Source of the DNA: Acidobacteriota bacterium
Lineage (GTDB): Bacteria; Acidobacteriota; UBA890; WLXD01
Assembly (NCBI GenBank): GCA_963666215.2
Contig: CAXWPL010000004.1
Coordinates: 256,001-320,000, forward strand
DNA: 64,000 bases
Reading direction: 5' to 3'
In this document: positions 10,208 through 19,144 of the stretch, piece after piece
Layout of the letters: each line of letters begins with the position of its first letter
How positions within the stretch are numbered: position 1 is the stretch's first letter
Notes under the pieces: model-generated
Told to the model about the DNA's origin: nothing
The model's input: only the letters and a program-made list of their open reading frames with translations
The model's database searches: none
Position numbers and translations under genes: made by a program

Positions 10208-10984
10208 ATGGTGACTGAGATCAACCTCAATGCTGACATGGGTGAGGGCTTCGGAGCCTACGACATCGGCGACGACGAATCTCTCCTGAAGATCATCCGT
10301 TCGGCCAACGTTGCCTGTGGCTTCCACGCCGGCGACCCGGTTGTCATGCGCCGGCTCGTCATGCGGGCCCAGCGCGAAGGCGTCAGCGTGGGAGCCCACC
10401 CCGGCTTTCCGGACCTCGCGGGCTTCGGCCGGCGACGCCTGGACATGAAGCCCGACGAGCTCGAGTACGCCGTTGCCTACCAGATCGGTGCGCTGCAGGC
10501 CATGGCCGCCTATGGTGGGCTGCCCGTCACCCACGTCAAGGCGCACGGCGCGCTCAACAACATGGCCGCCGAAAGCCCCGAGCTGGCCAACGCCATCGGC
10601 AAGGCGATCCAGACCGTTGATTCGAGCCTGATCTACCTGGCTCCCGCCGGGTCAGAGATGCAGCGGGCGGGCGAGGAGCTCGGACTGCGCGTGGCCACCG
10701 AGGGCTTCGCCGACCGCACCTACGAGGACGACGGCAACCTGACGTCGCGAAAGATCGACGGCAGCGTGATCCGAGATCCGCAGGTCGCACGCGATCGGGT
10801 CGTGCAGATGGTCCAGGAGCAGACCATCACGGCGCGCTCCGGCAAGAAGATCCCCTGTCGCATCAACAGCATCTGCGTCCACGGCGACGAGCCGACGGCG
10901 ATCACCGTGGCCCGCGCCGTCCGCGAAGGCCTCGAAGCCGCAGGCATCGCCATCGTGCCGCTACCCGAGCTGTCGATCGGCTGA
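10208..10984 (+). CDS. pxpA: 5-oxoprolinase subunit A (LamB/YcsF)
   Basis: LNADMGEGFG, ANVACGFHAGDP, GAHP, HVKAHGALNN, ICVHGD. Confidence 0.95.
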   Translation: MVTEINLNADMGEGFGAYDIGDDESLLKIIRSANVACGFHAGDPVVMRRLVMRAQREGVSVGAHPGFPDLAGFGRRRLDMKPDELEYAVAYQIGALQAMAAYGGLPVTHVKAHGALNNMAAESPELANAIGKAIQTVDSSLIYLAPAGSEMQRAGEELGLRVATEGFADRTYEDDGNLTSRKIDGSVIRDPQVARDRVVQMVQEQTITARSGKKIPCRINSICVHGDEPTAITVARAVREGLEAAGIAIVPLPELSIG

Positions 10985-11025
10985 GCGCCGTACCCCACGG
11001 AGTCCTTCTTCGTGTGCCGCTCCCG

Positions 11026-11545
11026 CTAGTCGGTGACTCCCAACGGAACCTCGTCGCCGAACACTTGCGTACGCTTCATGATCCTGCGCTGGGACGACGG
11101 GAACGGCTCGCGGTAGTGCAGCGTCGGCCGGTTGTCCCAGATCACCAGATCCTTCACCGCCCAATCGTGCGTGAAAGCCAGCTCCGGCCGCGCCAGGTGG
11201 TCGAAGAGCCGTTGCAGTAGCGCGTCACTGTCGTCGCGCGATAAGCCCAGAACGCGGCGCGTGAAATGGGGGCTGACGTAGAGGCTGCGCCGGCCCGTCT
11301 CCGGGTGCACTCGTACGACGGGATGGTCCACCGACTCCGGAGGGTTCTGACCCTCCTCCGGGTGACGGTGCACCGCGCGCAGTGGCAGGATGCGCTCCTT
11401 CGTGGCCTGGTCCAGGGTCTCGTAGGCCGCCGTTCCGCTGACCCACGTGGTTCGCCCTCCGGTGGCCGGCACCTCGAGGGCGCGGAGCACCGAGATCGTG
11501 CCGGGTTTCGGCATGTACGCCAGGTCGGAGTGGGAGCCCAGAATC
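11026..11545 (-). pseudogene. TauD/TfdA dioxygenase, N-terminally truncated
   Basis: HSDLAY (HxD), HPVVRVHPETGR, IWDNRPTLH..R. An in-frame stop lies just upstream of HxD, so the N-terminal third is absent. Confidence 0.85.
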
Positions 11546-11566
11546 GGGACGGAACGTCGGGCAGGC

Positions 11567-11820
11567 TCATCCGCGGTTCACCGCCTCGCGCAGCTCCTTG
11601 TCACTGACACTCAGTCGCCGCGCCTCCCGCCTCAGCTCCTCAACCGCGTGCTTGAGCCGCTCGCGCCGTTCCATCACGCTCAGCTGCGGCGGCTCCGACG
11701 CAACCCGACTCCCGGCGCCACTGTTGGTCACGATGACGCCATCGCTCTCGAGCTCGACGTAGGCCCGCGAGACGGTGTTGCGGTTTACCCGCAGCTGTAC
11801 GGCGAGCTCGCGCATCGTCG
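11567..11820 (-). pseudogene. GntR (YtrA-like) regulator, N-terminally truncated
   Basis: TMRELAVQLRVNRNTVSRAYVELESDG HTH is present but the first helix is missing. Confidence 0.85.
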
Positions 11821-12131
11821 ACTGGGTCGTCTGTTTGGATCTCGGCGAGCTCACTACCAACGAGCCGCTCGACGATCTTCGCGAGCAGTACAGCGAGTGG
11901 CGAGTGCGCGTGCAGCGCGGCCGGATGCCGGCTCACTTCTACGAGCCTTACGTGGTTGCGCAGGATGTCAACTGCCACCAAGCACGCCTTTGGGTGGCCG
12001 ACGGCGAGCGCCATGCCGACGCGTTCGCGGCACAACATCACGTCGACATCGAACGCCACCCGGTGAACCTCGAGCAGCTCTTCCCGATTCTCGTGAAGCG
12101 CCGAGGCGAAAGCGAAGGAGATCGAGCATGA
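11810..12131 (+). pseudogene. C-terminal remnant of an ABC transporter ATPase
   Basis: RIVDWVVCLDLGEL...LDDLREQY...VNLEQLF is the region after the H-loop. No Walker motifs. ATGA-coupled to the downstream membrane gene. Confidence 0.75.
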
Positions 12132-13588
12132 GAGAGTCCGCCTTGCTGCGCCTCATGCGCCGCCCCGCGGTTCTGTTCTTCGGTAGCTTCGCTCTGGTGA
12201 TGGGGTTGGCATTGACGCAGATGTTCGACGACCCGGCGCTGGGCTCGCGGGCGCGACCGTTCGTGTTCATGGAGGCCTTTCTCATCGCGTTCGTGGTGAG
12301 CCGTGTTGTCGGCGAGGCGCAACAGGGGGCGTTCTTTTGGATGACGCCGCGACTCGCCGATCGCCTGCGACGCGGCGTTCTACTCACGGTGATTCTCACG
12401 GCCGCTTTGTCCGAGCTCGTGGTCCGCCAGTTCGATCCCACGCTGCCCTTCGGCATGGCGGCAGCCATTGGAGTGCTCGGCTTCGGCTTCGGCTACGCCG
12501 TAATTGGGCCCGCCGCCCGCGGGAGCGCTCAACTCAAGGTGGTGGTCGGGGTCGTTGTTCTTCTGAGCCTGCCGAGGCTCGTGGTCTTCGGTACCGAGCA
12601 TCCGATCGCATTCGTGGGACTCAGTGTGCTATTGGCCGCCGCGATGCTGGTCCCGGCGCTCGGACGCGGGGCTGCGCGCCGCGCCGTTCTCGTGCCCACA
12701 CTCGTCTTGGCCGATTTCACCAACCCTACCGGCGACACGGCGTTGGTCCGCCATCAGCGCGCCACCAGCACACGAACCGGAAGGTGGCATGGTGGCCAGG
12801 TGGGCTCGTCCTTGCGCGACTGGCTGTCCGTAGCTGCCTTCGAGCGCGCCGGCCACAGCGCGCTCGGATGGCGTGGCTTCGCAGCCTTTGCGATTGCCGC
12901 CCCGCTGGCGGCGGCCGCGATCTTCCTCTACGTCGATCTGATCTATGTCGAAACCCAGAGTGCCCCGATCGCCACCCTGGGCAGGTTGTACGACGAGCTG
13001 CTGTTGGCGCCCGAGGGCATCCAGCGGGCGTTCCCAGACGACATCTCCACGGCACCGTTCGTCACACTCTTCGCGCTGATGGCGGCCTTCCAGCTGAGCT
13101 ATGCCTTCCCGCTGGCGCCGCTGTCCGGACTCCCTCGCCCCCTATCGCGTCGCGACCGTGCCCGGCTATGGTTTATCGGCAACGGTATAGGGCTGGCCGC
13201 GGTTCTCGGCGCGATCACCCTGATATACGCGGCGAGCGTAGAGGGGCTCGCTCGCTATCTCGACCTACCCGGTCATGGCGGCTACATGCCCGCCTACCTG
13301 CGAGCCATCCTGATCATCGCGGCCGCCGCACCCATGATTCAGTGGCTCCGACTCCGCATGGACGCGTTCGGCGGCGGCGTTGGCTCGTGGGGAGCTCCGA
13401 CCTGGCTCGCCACGCTCGCCCAGGCTCTCACGTTGATGGCCTGTTTCCTCCTCACAATGTTCTGGCAACGCACCGCTCCCGGGAATATGGGCTTTGAGCT
13501 CGCCCTTCTCGTCGGCGCTGTGGCGACGTCCCAGCTACTCTTCTATAGAGCTGTCCAGCGCGAGTGCCTCTACTCCGACCTGGCCTAG
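12128..13588 (+). CDS. polytopic membrane protein, probable ABC exporter permease
   Basis: Many hydrophobic segments; coupled to the ABC ATPase remnant. Confidence 0.7.
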   Translation: MRESALLRLMRRPAVLFFGSFALVMGLALTQMFDDPALGSRARPFVFMEAFLIAFVVSRVVGEAQQGAFFWMTPRLADRLRRGVLLTVILTAALSELVVRQFDPTLPFGMAAAIGVLGFGFGYAVIGPAARGSAQLKVVVGVVVLLSLPRLVVFGTEHPIAFVGLSVLLAAAMLVPALGRGAARRAVLVPTLVLADFTNPTGDTALVRHQRATSTRTGRWHGGQVGSSLRDWLSVAAFERAGHSALGWRGFAAFAIAAPLAAAAIFLYVDLIYVETQSAPIATLGRLYDELLLAPEGIQRAFPDDISTAPFVTLFALMAAFQLSYAFPLAPLSGLPRPLSRRDRARLWFIGNGIGLAAVLGAITLIYAASVEGLARYLDLPGHGGYMPAYLRAILIIAAAAPMIQWLRLRMDAFGGGVGSWGAPTWLATLAQALTLMACFLLTMFWQRTAPGNMGFELALLVGAVATSQLLFYRAVQRECLYSDLA

Positions 13589-13640
13589 GGCTTGCCAGGT
13601 TCCGATCCAACGACTCAGGTTACGAGCGGGAGAGATATCG

Positions 13641-14069
13641 ATGGTCCGCACAGGTGTTCTTCGAGCAGGCGCAGTAGCGGCCGCGTTTGTTGCAGGCATG
13701 GCGTTCAACCACGTTGTTGCGGTGCAGGCTCAGAGCAACCGGGTCTACGAGCTCCGTACGTACACGACGGCCGACGGTCGGTTGGAGGCGCTGCTCGAGC
13801 GATTCGGTGGCGGCGAGATCGAGCTGTTTCACAAGCACGGAATGACCAGCGTGGGCTACTGGGTCCCGGACGACGCTCTAGCCTCGGGGAACACCATGGT
13901 CTACATGCTGTCCCACGACAGCCGCGAGACTGCCGCGGCGGCGTGGCAGGCATTCCTCGATGACCCGGAGTGGCCGCCGATGCGAGCCGCGTCGGTTGCA
14001 GACGGACCCATCGTGACCAACGTCGAGTCGACGTTCCTCAACCCGACCGACTTCTCGCCCCTGCAGTAG
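13641..14069 (+). CDS. NIPSNAP family protein (exported)
   Basis: Signal-like N-terminus; VYELRTY, LFHKHGM..VGYW, FLDDPEW, PTDFSPL. Confidence 0.9.
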   Translation: MVRTGVLRAGAVAAAFVAGMAFNHVVAVQAQSNRVYELRTYTTADGRLEALLERFGGGEIELFHKHGMTSVGYWVPDDALASGNTMVYMLSHDSRETAAAAWQAFLDDPEWPPMRAASVADGPIVTNVESTFLNPTDFSPLQ

Positions 14070-14182
14070 TCACGGGAAGTGGGTACAGCGGAAATCGAAC
14101 CTGCGACGTCGCCAGGGAAAGGCTCCCGTATACCTCCTCAATGCCATACTAGGGTCCGACCGCCGCAACCCGGAGACATCGT

Positions 14183-14659
14183 GTGACCCTGGAAGAAGCG
14201 ACCCGAGTCTTCGCCGCTCTCGCGGCCGAAAATGTCGACTACGTCGTCATCGGATCCATGGCAATGGCGGCTCAGGGTTTGCCGCGCGCTACGCAGGATC
14301 TCGACTTTTTCGTCTCACCGCGACGCGCCAATGTTGAGGCGCTGAAGAGAGCGCTGGTGTCGCTCTACGACGACCCGGCCATCGAACAGATCGATCCGGA
14401 CGAGTTGGCTGGCGAATACCCGGCGATCCAATACGTGCCGCCTCGGGGTGAGTACTCTCTTGACATCATCACCAGGTTGGGAGATGCGTTCTCGTGGGAG
14501 GATCTTGATGCCAACTCGGAGGACATCAGGGTGGGTGAAGTCACCGTCCGCGTGGCGAGCGCTCGCATGCTCTACGAGATGAAGAAAGACACATCGCGAC
14601 TCCAGGATCGAGCAGACGCCGAGAGAATCAAAGAAGAGTTCGGCTTGGAGGACGGCTGA
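14183..14659 (+). CDS. nucleotidyltransferase (DUF6036/AbiEii-like)
   Basis: YVVIGSMA...RATQDLD and MKKDTSRLQDRAD; GGAG RBS. Confidence 0.82.
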   Translation: MTLEEATRVFAALAAENVDYVVIGSMAMAAQGLPRATQDLDFFVSPRRANVEALKRALVSLYDDPAIEQIDPDELAGEYPAIQYVPPRGEYSLDIITRLGDAFSWEDLDANSEDIRVGEVTVRVASARMLYEMKKDTSRLQDRADAERIKEEFGLEDG

Positions 14660-14874
14660 TGCCGGTGAAGAAGTACCGCTCGGTCCAGGAGATGCCCCGT
14701 GCTCCGTTTCGAACGCCCCTGGCCCCCGACAACATTCGTATTGCGTGCGAGCTCAGTGAAACCGCTCGTGCCCTACATCCGCGCCTGCTCCAGGCCGGAC
14801 TCAAGAAGTTTCGTTCCGCCGAGAGGCGCCGCCCTACAGACTCTCCGCTAGCGATCGATCCCGCCGACCGGTAG
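14659..14874 (+). CDS. small basic protein coupled to the nucleotidyltransferase
   Basis: TGATG overlap, GGAGG RBS, repeated KKYRS/KKFRS motif. Confidence 0.65.
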   Translation: MPVKKYRSVQEMPRAPFRTPLAPDNIRIACELSETARALHPRLLQAGLKKFRSAERRRPTDSPLAIDPADR

Positions 14875-17817
14875 CCAGCGCGGGTTGCTGTCGGCCACGT
14901 CGTTGGTGGTCAGGCGCGTCTCGCTCGTCCCGTCGACGCCGATCACGTAGATCTCGTTGGTGCCGTGTCGCTCCGAGACGAACACGATCCAGTCGCCATC
15001 GGGCGACCAGACCGGGGCGAGATCGGCGGCATCGTTGGTGGTCAGACGGACGAGATTCGAGCCGTCGGTGTTCATGACGTAGATCTCGGCGTTGCCGTCG
15101 CGATCGGAGCTGAAGGTGATGCGGCTGCCGTCGGGCGACCACGACGGGTAGCGGTCGTCGGCAGGGTGGTCGGTGAGCCTCCGAACGTTCGATCCGTTGG
15201 CTGCCATCAGGTAGATCTCCATCGCCTCGGAATCGGGGTTGTCGGGATTGTCGCGATTCGAGTAGAAGGCGATGTCTTCTCCGTTCGGCGACCAGAACGG
15301 GTGGTTGTCGAGGTCGTCGTTGTCGGTGAGCCGAGAGAGGCTCGAGCCGTCGGAGTTCATGACCCAGATCTCGACGTCGCCGTCGCGATCGCTATCGAAG
15401 ACGATGCGTGAACCGTCGGGTGAGAACGACGGGTCGATGTCTGTCGCCGCAGTCGAGGTCAAGTTGATCGGGTTCGAGCCGTCGACCTCCATCGCGAAAA
15501 CGTCAGGGCTGCCGTCGCGATCCGAGCGGAACGCGATGCGGGTGCCATCAGCCGAGGCCGTTGGATGCCGGTCGTTGAAGCCGCGGTCGCCGTTGTTTGT
15601 GAGATTCGTCGGATCGGTTCCGTTGGCGTTCATCACCCAGACATCCATTCCGGCTCCACGTTCCGACTGGAAGACGATCCGGTGCGGCGTGTCGATGTCC
15701 GCTGCGGAGGCACCGTCTTGGTCGGCCACGGCCGAAGCATCGGTGGCCTCGACCGCCGTGCCGTTGGGCAGGGCGAAGGCAACGAGGCTGCTTCCCGAAG
15801 CGGCGCCGTTCTTGCCGCCGCCGCAGGCGATGACGATGTACTGGCGGCCGTCGATGCTGTACACGGACGGCGTTGCGTTGCCCGCCGCCGGCAGCAGCGT
15901 TTCCCAGAGCAACTCGCCGGTAAGAGCCTCGTAGGCGCGGAACTTGTTGTCGAAGTTGGTCGCGCCAATGAACAGCAGGCCGCTGGCTGTAACCACAGGA
16001 CCACCGTAGTTGTCGCTGCCGGTGTCGGTGAGCCCCTGCTCCACGAGCTCGGGAAACTCGCCAAACGGGATCTGCCAGCGGATCTCGCCGCTGTTCAGAT
16101 CGATGGCGTTGAGCGTGCCCCACGGCGGTGTGGTGCCCGGATAGCCGTCGGGATCGAGAAAGATCGTGTAGGCGGCGTTGCGGTACGCCTGCCAGGTGGG
16201 GGCGTTGGTGACGACCGGATCCATACCACTATCGACCCCGGTGATCAGAAACTCCACGATGTCGCTCGTGTTGGCGCCGCCCATATCGGGGAAGCCCGGC
16301 ATCATTCCGATGCCCTGGCGAATCACCGCCGTGAGCTCTTCGCGAGAAAACCGCTCACCGATGTTCTCCAGCGAAGAGAACGTTGCCGCCCCCTTTCGAT
16401 CCTCGCCGTGGCAGGCCGCGCAGTTCATGTTGTAGAGCGAGGTATCGTTGTTGGGGATCAGCTGCATCGTCCACGGCATCTCGTTGGAGTTGACGAACAG
16501 CAGGCCGCTGTCGGGATCGAAGGCCGCCCCACCCCATTCGCCACCGCCGTCGAATCCCGGGAACACAATCGTGCCCTCGAAGCTCGGCGGCTCGTACATC
16601 CCCTTCTTCTGCCTTCTGAACTGCTCGAGCACCGCCGCGTGCGCCTCGGGCGTGCGCTGCGTCAGCATGTCCTCGGTAAGCCCTTGCCGGGCGAACGGCG
16701 GCGGCAGAACCGGGTGCGGCTGGGTGGTCGAGAGCAGCTCGCCCGGAATCGTCGACGCCGGCACCGGTCGCTCCTCGATCTCGAACAACGGATCGCCGGT
16801 GCGACGGTCGAATACGTAGATGTAGCCCGTCTTGCTGATCTGCGCCACGGCGTCGACCCGACTCCCGTCACGCATCACCGTGACCAAGCTGGGTGCGGCG
16901 GGGAAGTCCCAATCCCAAACGTCGTGGTGGACGGCCTGGAAGTGCCACACACGCTCCCCGGTGCGCGCGTCGAGGGCCAGCACGCTGTTGGCGAACAGGT
17001 TGTCGCCGTGCCGGTTGGAGCCGTAGAAGTCGAAAGAGGCCGAGCCCGTTGCCGCGAACACCATCGCGGTGGAGGGGTCGACGGTGACGCCAGCCCAGGC
17101 GTTGGCGCCGCCGGAGATCTCGTGGGCACCCTCCGGCCAGGTGTCGTAACCGAACTCGCCGGGCGAGGGAATGGTGCTGAACATCCAGCGCTGCTCGCCG
17201 GTATTCACGTCGAAAGCACGGATGTGCCCAGGTGCCGCGGGCAACGTTTCCGGAACGCTACTTCCCATGATGAGGAGGTCCTCGAAGACCTGGCCCGGCG
17301 TGCTGGCGCTGACGCTCAATCCCTCCGCCGGCCGGCCAAGGCCTTCGCGTAGGTCGACCCACCCTTCCTCTCCGAACGTCTCGATGGGCTCGCCGGTTAG
17401 CCGATCGAGCGCCCAGAGATAGCTGCGCGCGGCCACGAACACGCGATCCTCGTGCACCGTCACCCCGCGGTGCCGCGCCCTCCCCCGCGGCGCGTCGCTC
17501 GCCGCGATCGGATCGAAGCTCCACAACAACGCCCCGGTCGCCGCGTCGAGCGCGATGACCTTCAGCGTGGGCGTGGTGGCATAGAGCGCCCCACCGACCA
17601 CAATCGGGTTGCTCTGCATCTCGGAGCCTTCAAACGCGTCCTGAGAGTCGTACGTCCAGGCCACCTCGAGCTGCCCGACGTTGTCCTTGGTGATCTCGGT
17701 GAGCGGCGAGTAGCGAATGTTGTCGACCCCACCGTTCACCGGCCACTCGACGTCAGCCGGGGGGCCGCAGGCGGCCAGAAGGAGGAGCGCGGCAACACAC
17801 AAGGTGCGGGTCGGCAT
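14848..17817 (-). CDS. PQQ-dependent (glucose-type) dehydrogenase lipoprotein with inserted cytochrome c and C-terminal TolB/PD40 propeller
   Basis: Lipobox LAAC; RYSPLTEI, GGANAW, HHDVWDWD, GGGEWGG; CAACH haem motif; repeated PxWSPDG..IxFxSDRDG. Confidence 0.9.
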   Translation of the reverse strand: MPTRTLCVAALLLLAACGPPADVEWPVNGGVDNIRYSPLTEITKDNVGQLEVAWTYDSQDAFEGSEMQSNPIVVGGALYATTPTLKVIALDAATGALLWSFDPIAASDAPRGRARHRGVTVHEDRVFVAARSYLWALDRLTGEPIETFGEEGWVDLREGLGRPAEGLSVSASTPGQVFEDLLIMGSSVPETLPAAPGHIRAFDVNTGEQRWMFSTIPSPGEFGYDTWPEGAHEISGGANAWAGVTVDPSTAMVFAATGSASFDFYGSNRHGDNLFANSVLALDARTGERVWHFQAVHHDVWDWDFPAAPSLVTVMRDGSRVDAVAQISKTGYIYVFDRRTGDPLFEIEERPVPASTIPGELLSTTQPHPVLPPPFARQGLTEDMLTQRTPEAHAAVLEQFRRQKKGMYEPPSFEGTIVFPGFDGGGEWGGAAFDPDSGLLFVNSNEMPWTMQLIPNNDTSLYNMNCAACHGEDRKGAATFSSLENIGERFSREELTAVIRQGIGMMPGFPDMGGANTSDIVEFLITGVDSGMDPVVTNAPTWQAYRNAAYTIFLDPDGYPGTTPPWGTLNAIDLNSGEIRWQIPFGEFPELVEQGLTDTGSDNYGGPVVTASGLLFIGATNFDNKFRAYEALTGELLWETLLPAAGNATPSVYSIDGRQYIVIACGGGKNGAASGSSLVAFALPNGTAVEATDASAVADQDGASAADIDTPHRIVFQSERGAGMDVWVMNANGTDPTNLTNNGDRGFNDRHPTASADGTRIAFRSDRDGSPDVFAMEVDGSNPINLTSTAATDIDPSFSPDGSRIVFDSDRDGDVEIWVMNSDGSSLSRLTDNDDLDNHPFWSPNGEDIAFYSNRDNPDNPDSEAMEIYLMAANGSNVRRLTDHPADDRYPSWSPDGSRITFSSDRDGNAEIYVMNTDGSNLVRLTTNDAADLAPVWSPDGDWIVFVSERHGTNEIYVIGVDGTSETRLTTNDVADSNPRWLPVGGIDR

Positions 17818-17909
17818 GTCAGGGGATTCTCGCTAGTGGAGGAGCCTCACGGAGCCGGCATCGTAGCCGAAGCGCCTGGCACACGCCCGGGCTGCAAACT
17901 CTACGAGCT

Positions 17910-18158
17910 CGTGAAGCAGGCGTGTTCCACGGCGAGGTTCTCGACACCCGCGACGTGATCACGTTCCAGGGAACGAGCGTTAGCGATCTCGAGAAAGCTT
18001 TCCGCGAGTCGATCGAGGATTACCTCGACTTCTGCAAGGAACGAGGCGAGGCGCCCGACAAGCCGTTTTCGGGAAGACTCATGCTACGTCTGCCGCCCGA
18101 GTTACACCGTCGCGTCCACGTGGAAGCCAGGCGGGCAGGCAAGAGCATCAATCAATGA
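17910..18158 (+). pseudogene. hicB: HicB antitoxin remnant
   Basis: EAGVFHGEV..DVITFQG..FRESIEDYL..PDKPFSG..KSINQ*. N-terminus is lost, a stop replaces the expected Trp, and there is no hicA. Confidence 0.85.
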
Positions 18159-18390
18159 TCGATTGGAGCAAGCCAGCTAGCGAAGGTGCGATAGGTCTTC
18201 CCGGCGCGGGACCTGAGTCGAGCTGACCCCGTCCTCGGGGACCCCGCGCCGCACCGGTCGGCCATGGCGTTGCAGCCACGCGCCGAAGAGGCTACGCGAT
18301 GCGGAGCCCACGGGCGGACCAACGATCGCGGTGGCGTGCAGATCCGAACCGCGGGACCCGGTTCTGGGAGAGTTGCGCTAGGCTGGCGCG

Positions 18391-19071
18391 ATGATCGACT
18401 CGACGCCACGTCTGCTCGACCGTGACGAGCTCCGGGTGCTCGGCTGTTTGCTCGAGAAAGAGCAGGCAACGCCCGAGTACTACCCGCTGACGCTCAACGC
18501 GCTGGTCGCCGCGTGTAACCAGCGCAGCAATCGCTACCCCGTACTCAACCTCTCTGAACAGGAGGTGCGCGGCACGCTCGTGCGCCTGCACCGAGACAAA
18601 CTGGTGTTGCGCCAGGAGAGCCCACGATCCACCAAGTGGCGACACAACGCCGACAGGCACTGGAACCTGAATCCCGCCAGCAAGGCGGCGCTCACGGTGT
18701 TGCTACTACGAGGCCCGCAGACCGCGGGCGAGATCCGCGCGCGCGCGACCCGACTGCACGAATTCGCCTCCGCTGCCGCGGCAGAGTCGGCCGTGGCCGA
18801 TCTGGCCGGACCTCCAGAGCCGATCGTCATGCTGCTCGAACGGGAGCCCGGCCAGAAAGAGCCGCGCTGGGAACATCAGTTGGGCGTCGAGGGAACCGCA
18901 GAGGCCGGGTCGCACGCGCCAGCATCGGCGCCAGCGTCGATACCCGCCCGACCAGCGGCGCCGCAAGTCGAGGCGGAAAGCATGATGCTGCGCATCAAGT
19001 ACCTCGAGCAACAGATGCGCGAAGTTCAAGCCGAGCTGAGCCGGCTGCGCGGTACCACCGACCTGGTTTGA
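18391..19071 (+). CDS. YceH/DUF480 family protein
   Basis: RVLGCLLEKEQATPEYYPLTLNALVAACNQ, LLLRGPQTAGE. Confidence 0.92.
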   Translation: MIDSTPRLLDRDELRVLGCLLEKEQATPEYYPLTLNALVAACNQRSNRYPVLNLSEQEVRGTLVRLHRDKLVLRQESPRSTKWRHNADRHWNLNPASKAALTVLLLRGPQTAGEIRARATRLHEFASAAAAESAVADLAGPPEPIVMLLEREPGQKEPRWEHQLGVEGTAEAGSHAPASAPASIPARPAAPQVEAESMMLRIKYLEQQMREVQAELSRLRGTTDLV

Positions 19072-19144
19072 CGCCGACGAACAGTGTCGACTCGTCGACC
19101 AGGCGTATCGGGTTGCCTGACGGATCGAGTCCGGCCTCGACGAG

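Noticed and set aside
11447-12127. N-terminal 227 aa of the 713-aa ORF
   Set aside because: It is antisense or out-of-frame read-through over the TauD, GntR and ATPase remnants. The real start is ATG 12128.
14070-14160. Intact tRNA gene
   Set aside because: Only a T-arm/acceptor-like 30-mer is present; there are no D or anticodon arms.
14880-15690. Nucleotide-level repeats in the dehydrogenase 3' end (also in 19145-21034 and 34906-38196)
   Set aside because: They are explained by PD40, FG-GAP and BNR protein repeats.
15565-17352. Long antisense ORFs (also 4529-6097, 19313-20755, 49393-50664, 53874-55013 and others)
   Set aside because: These are shadow ORFs of high-GC genes on the opposite strand with no recognisable motifs.
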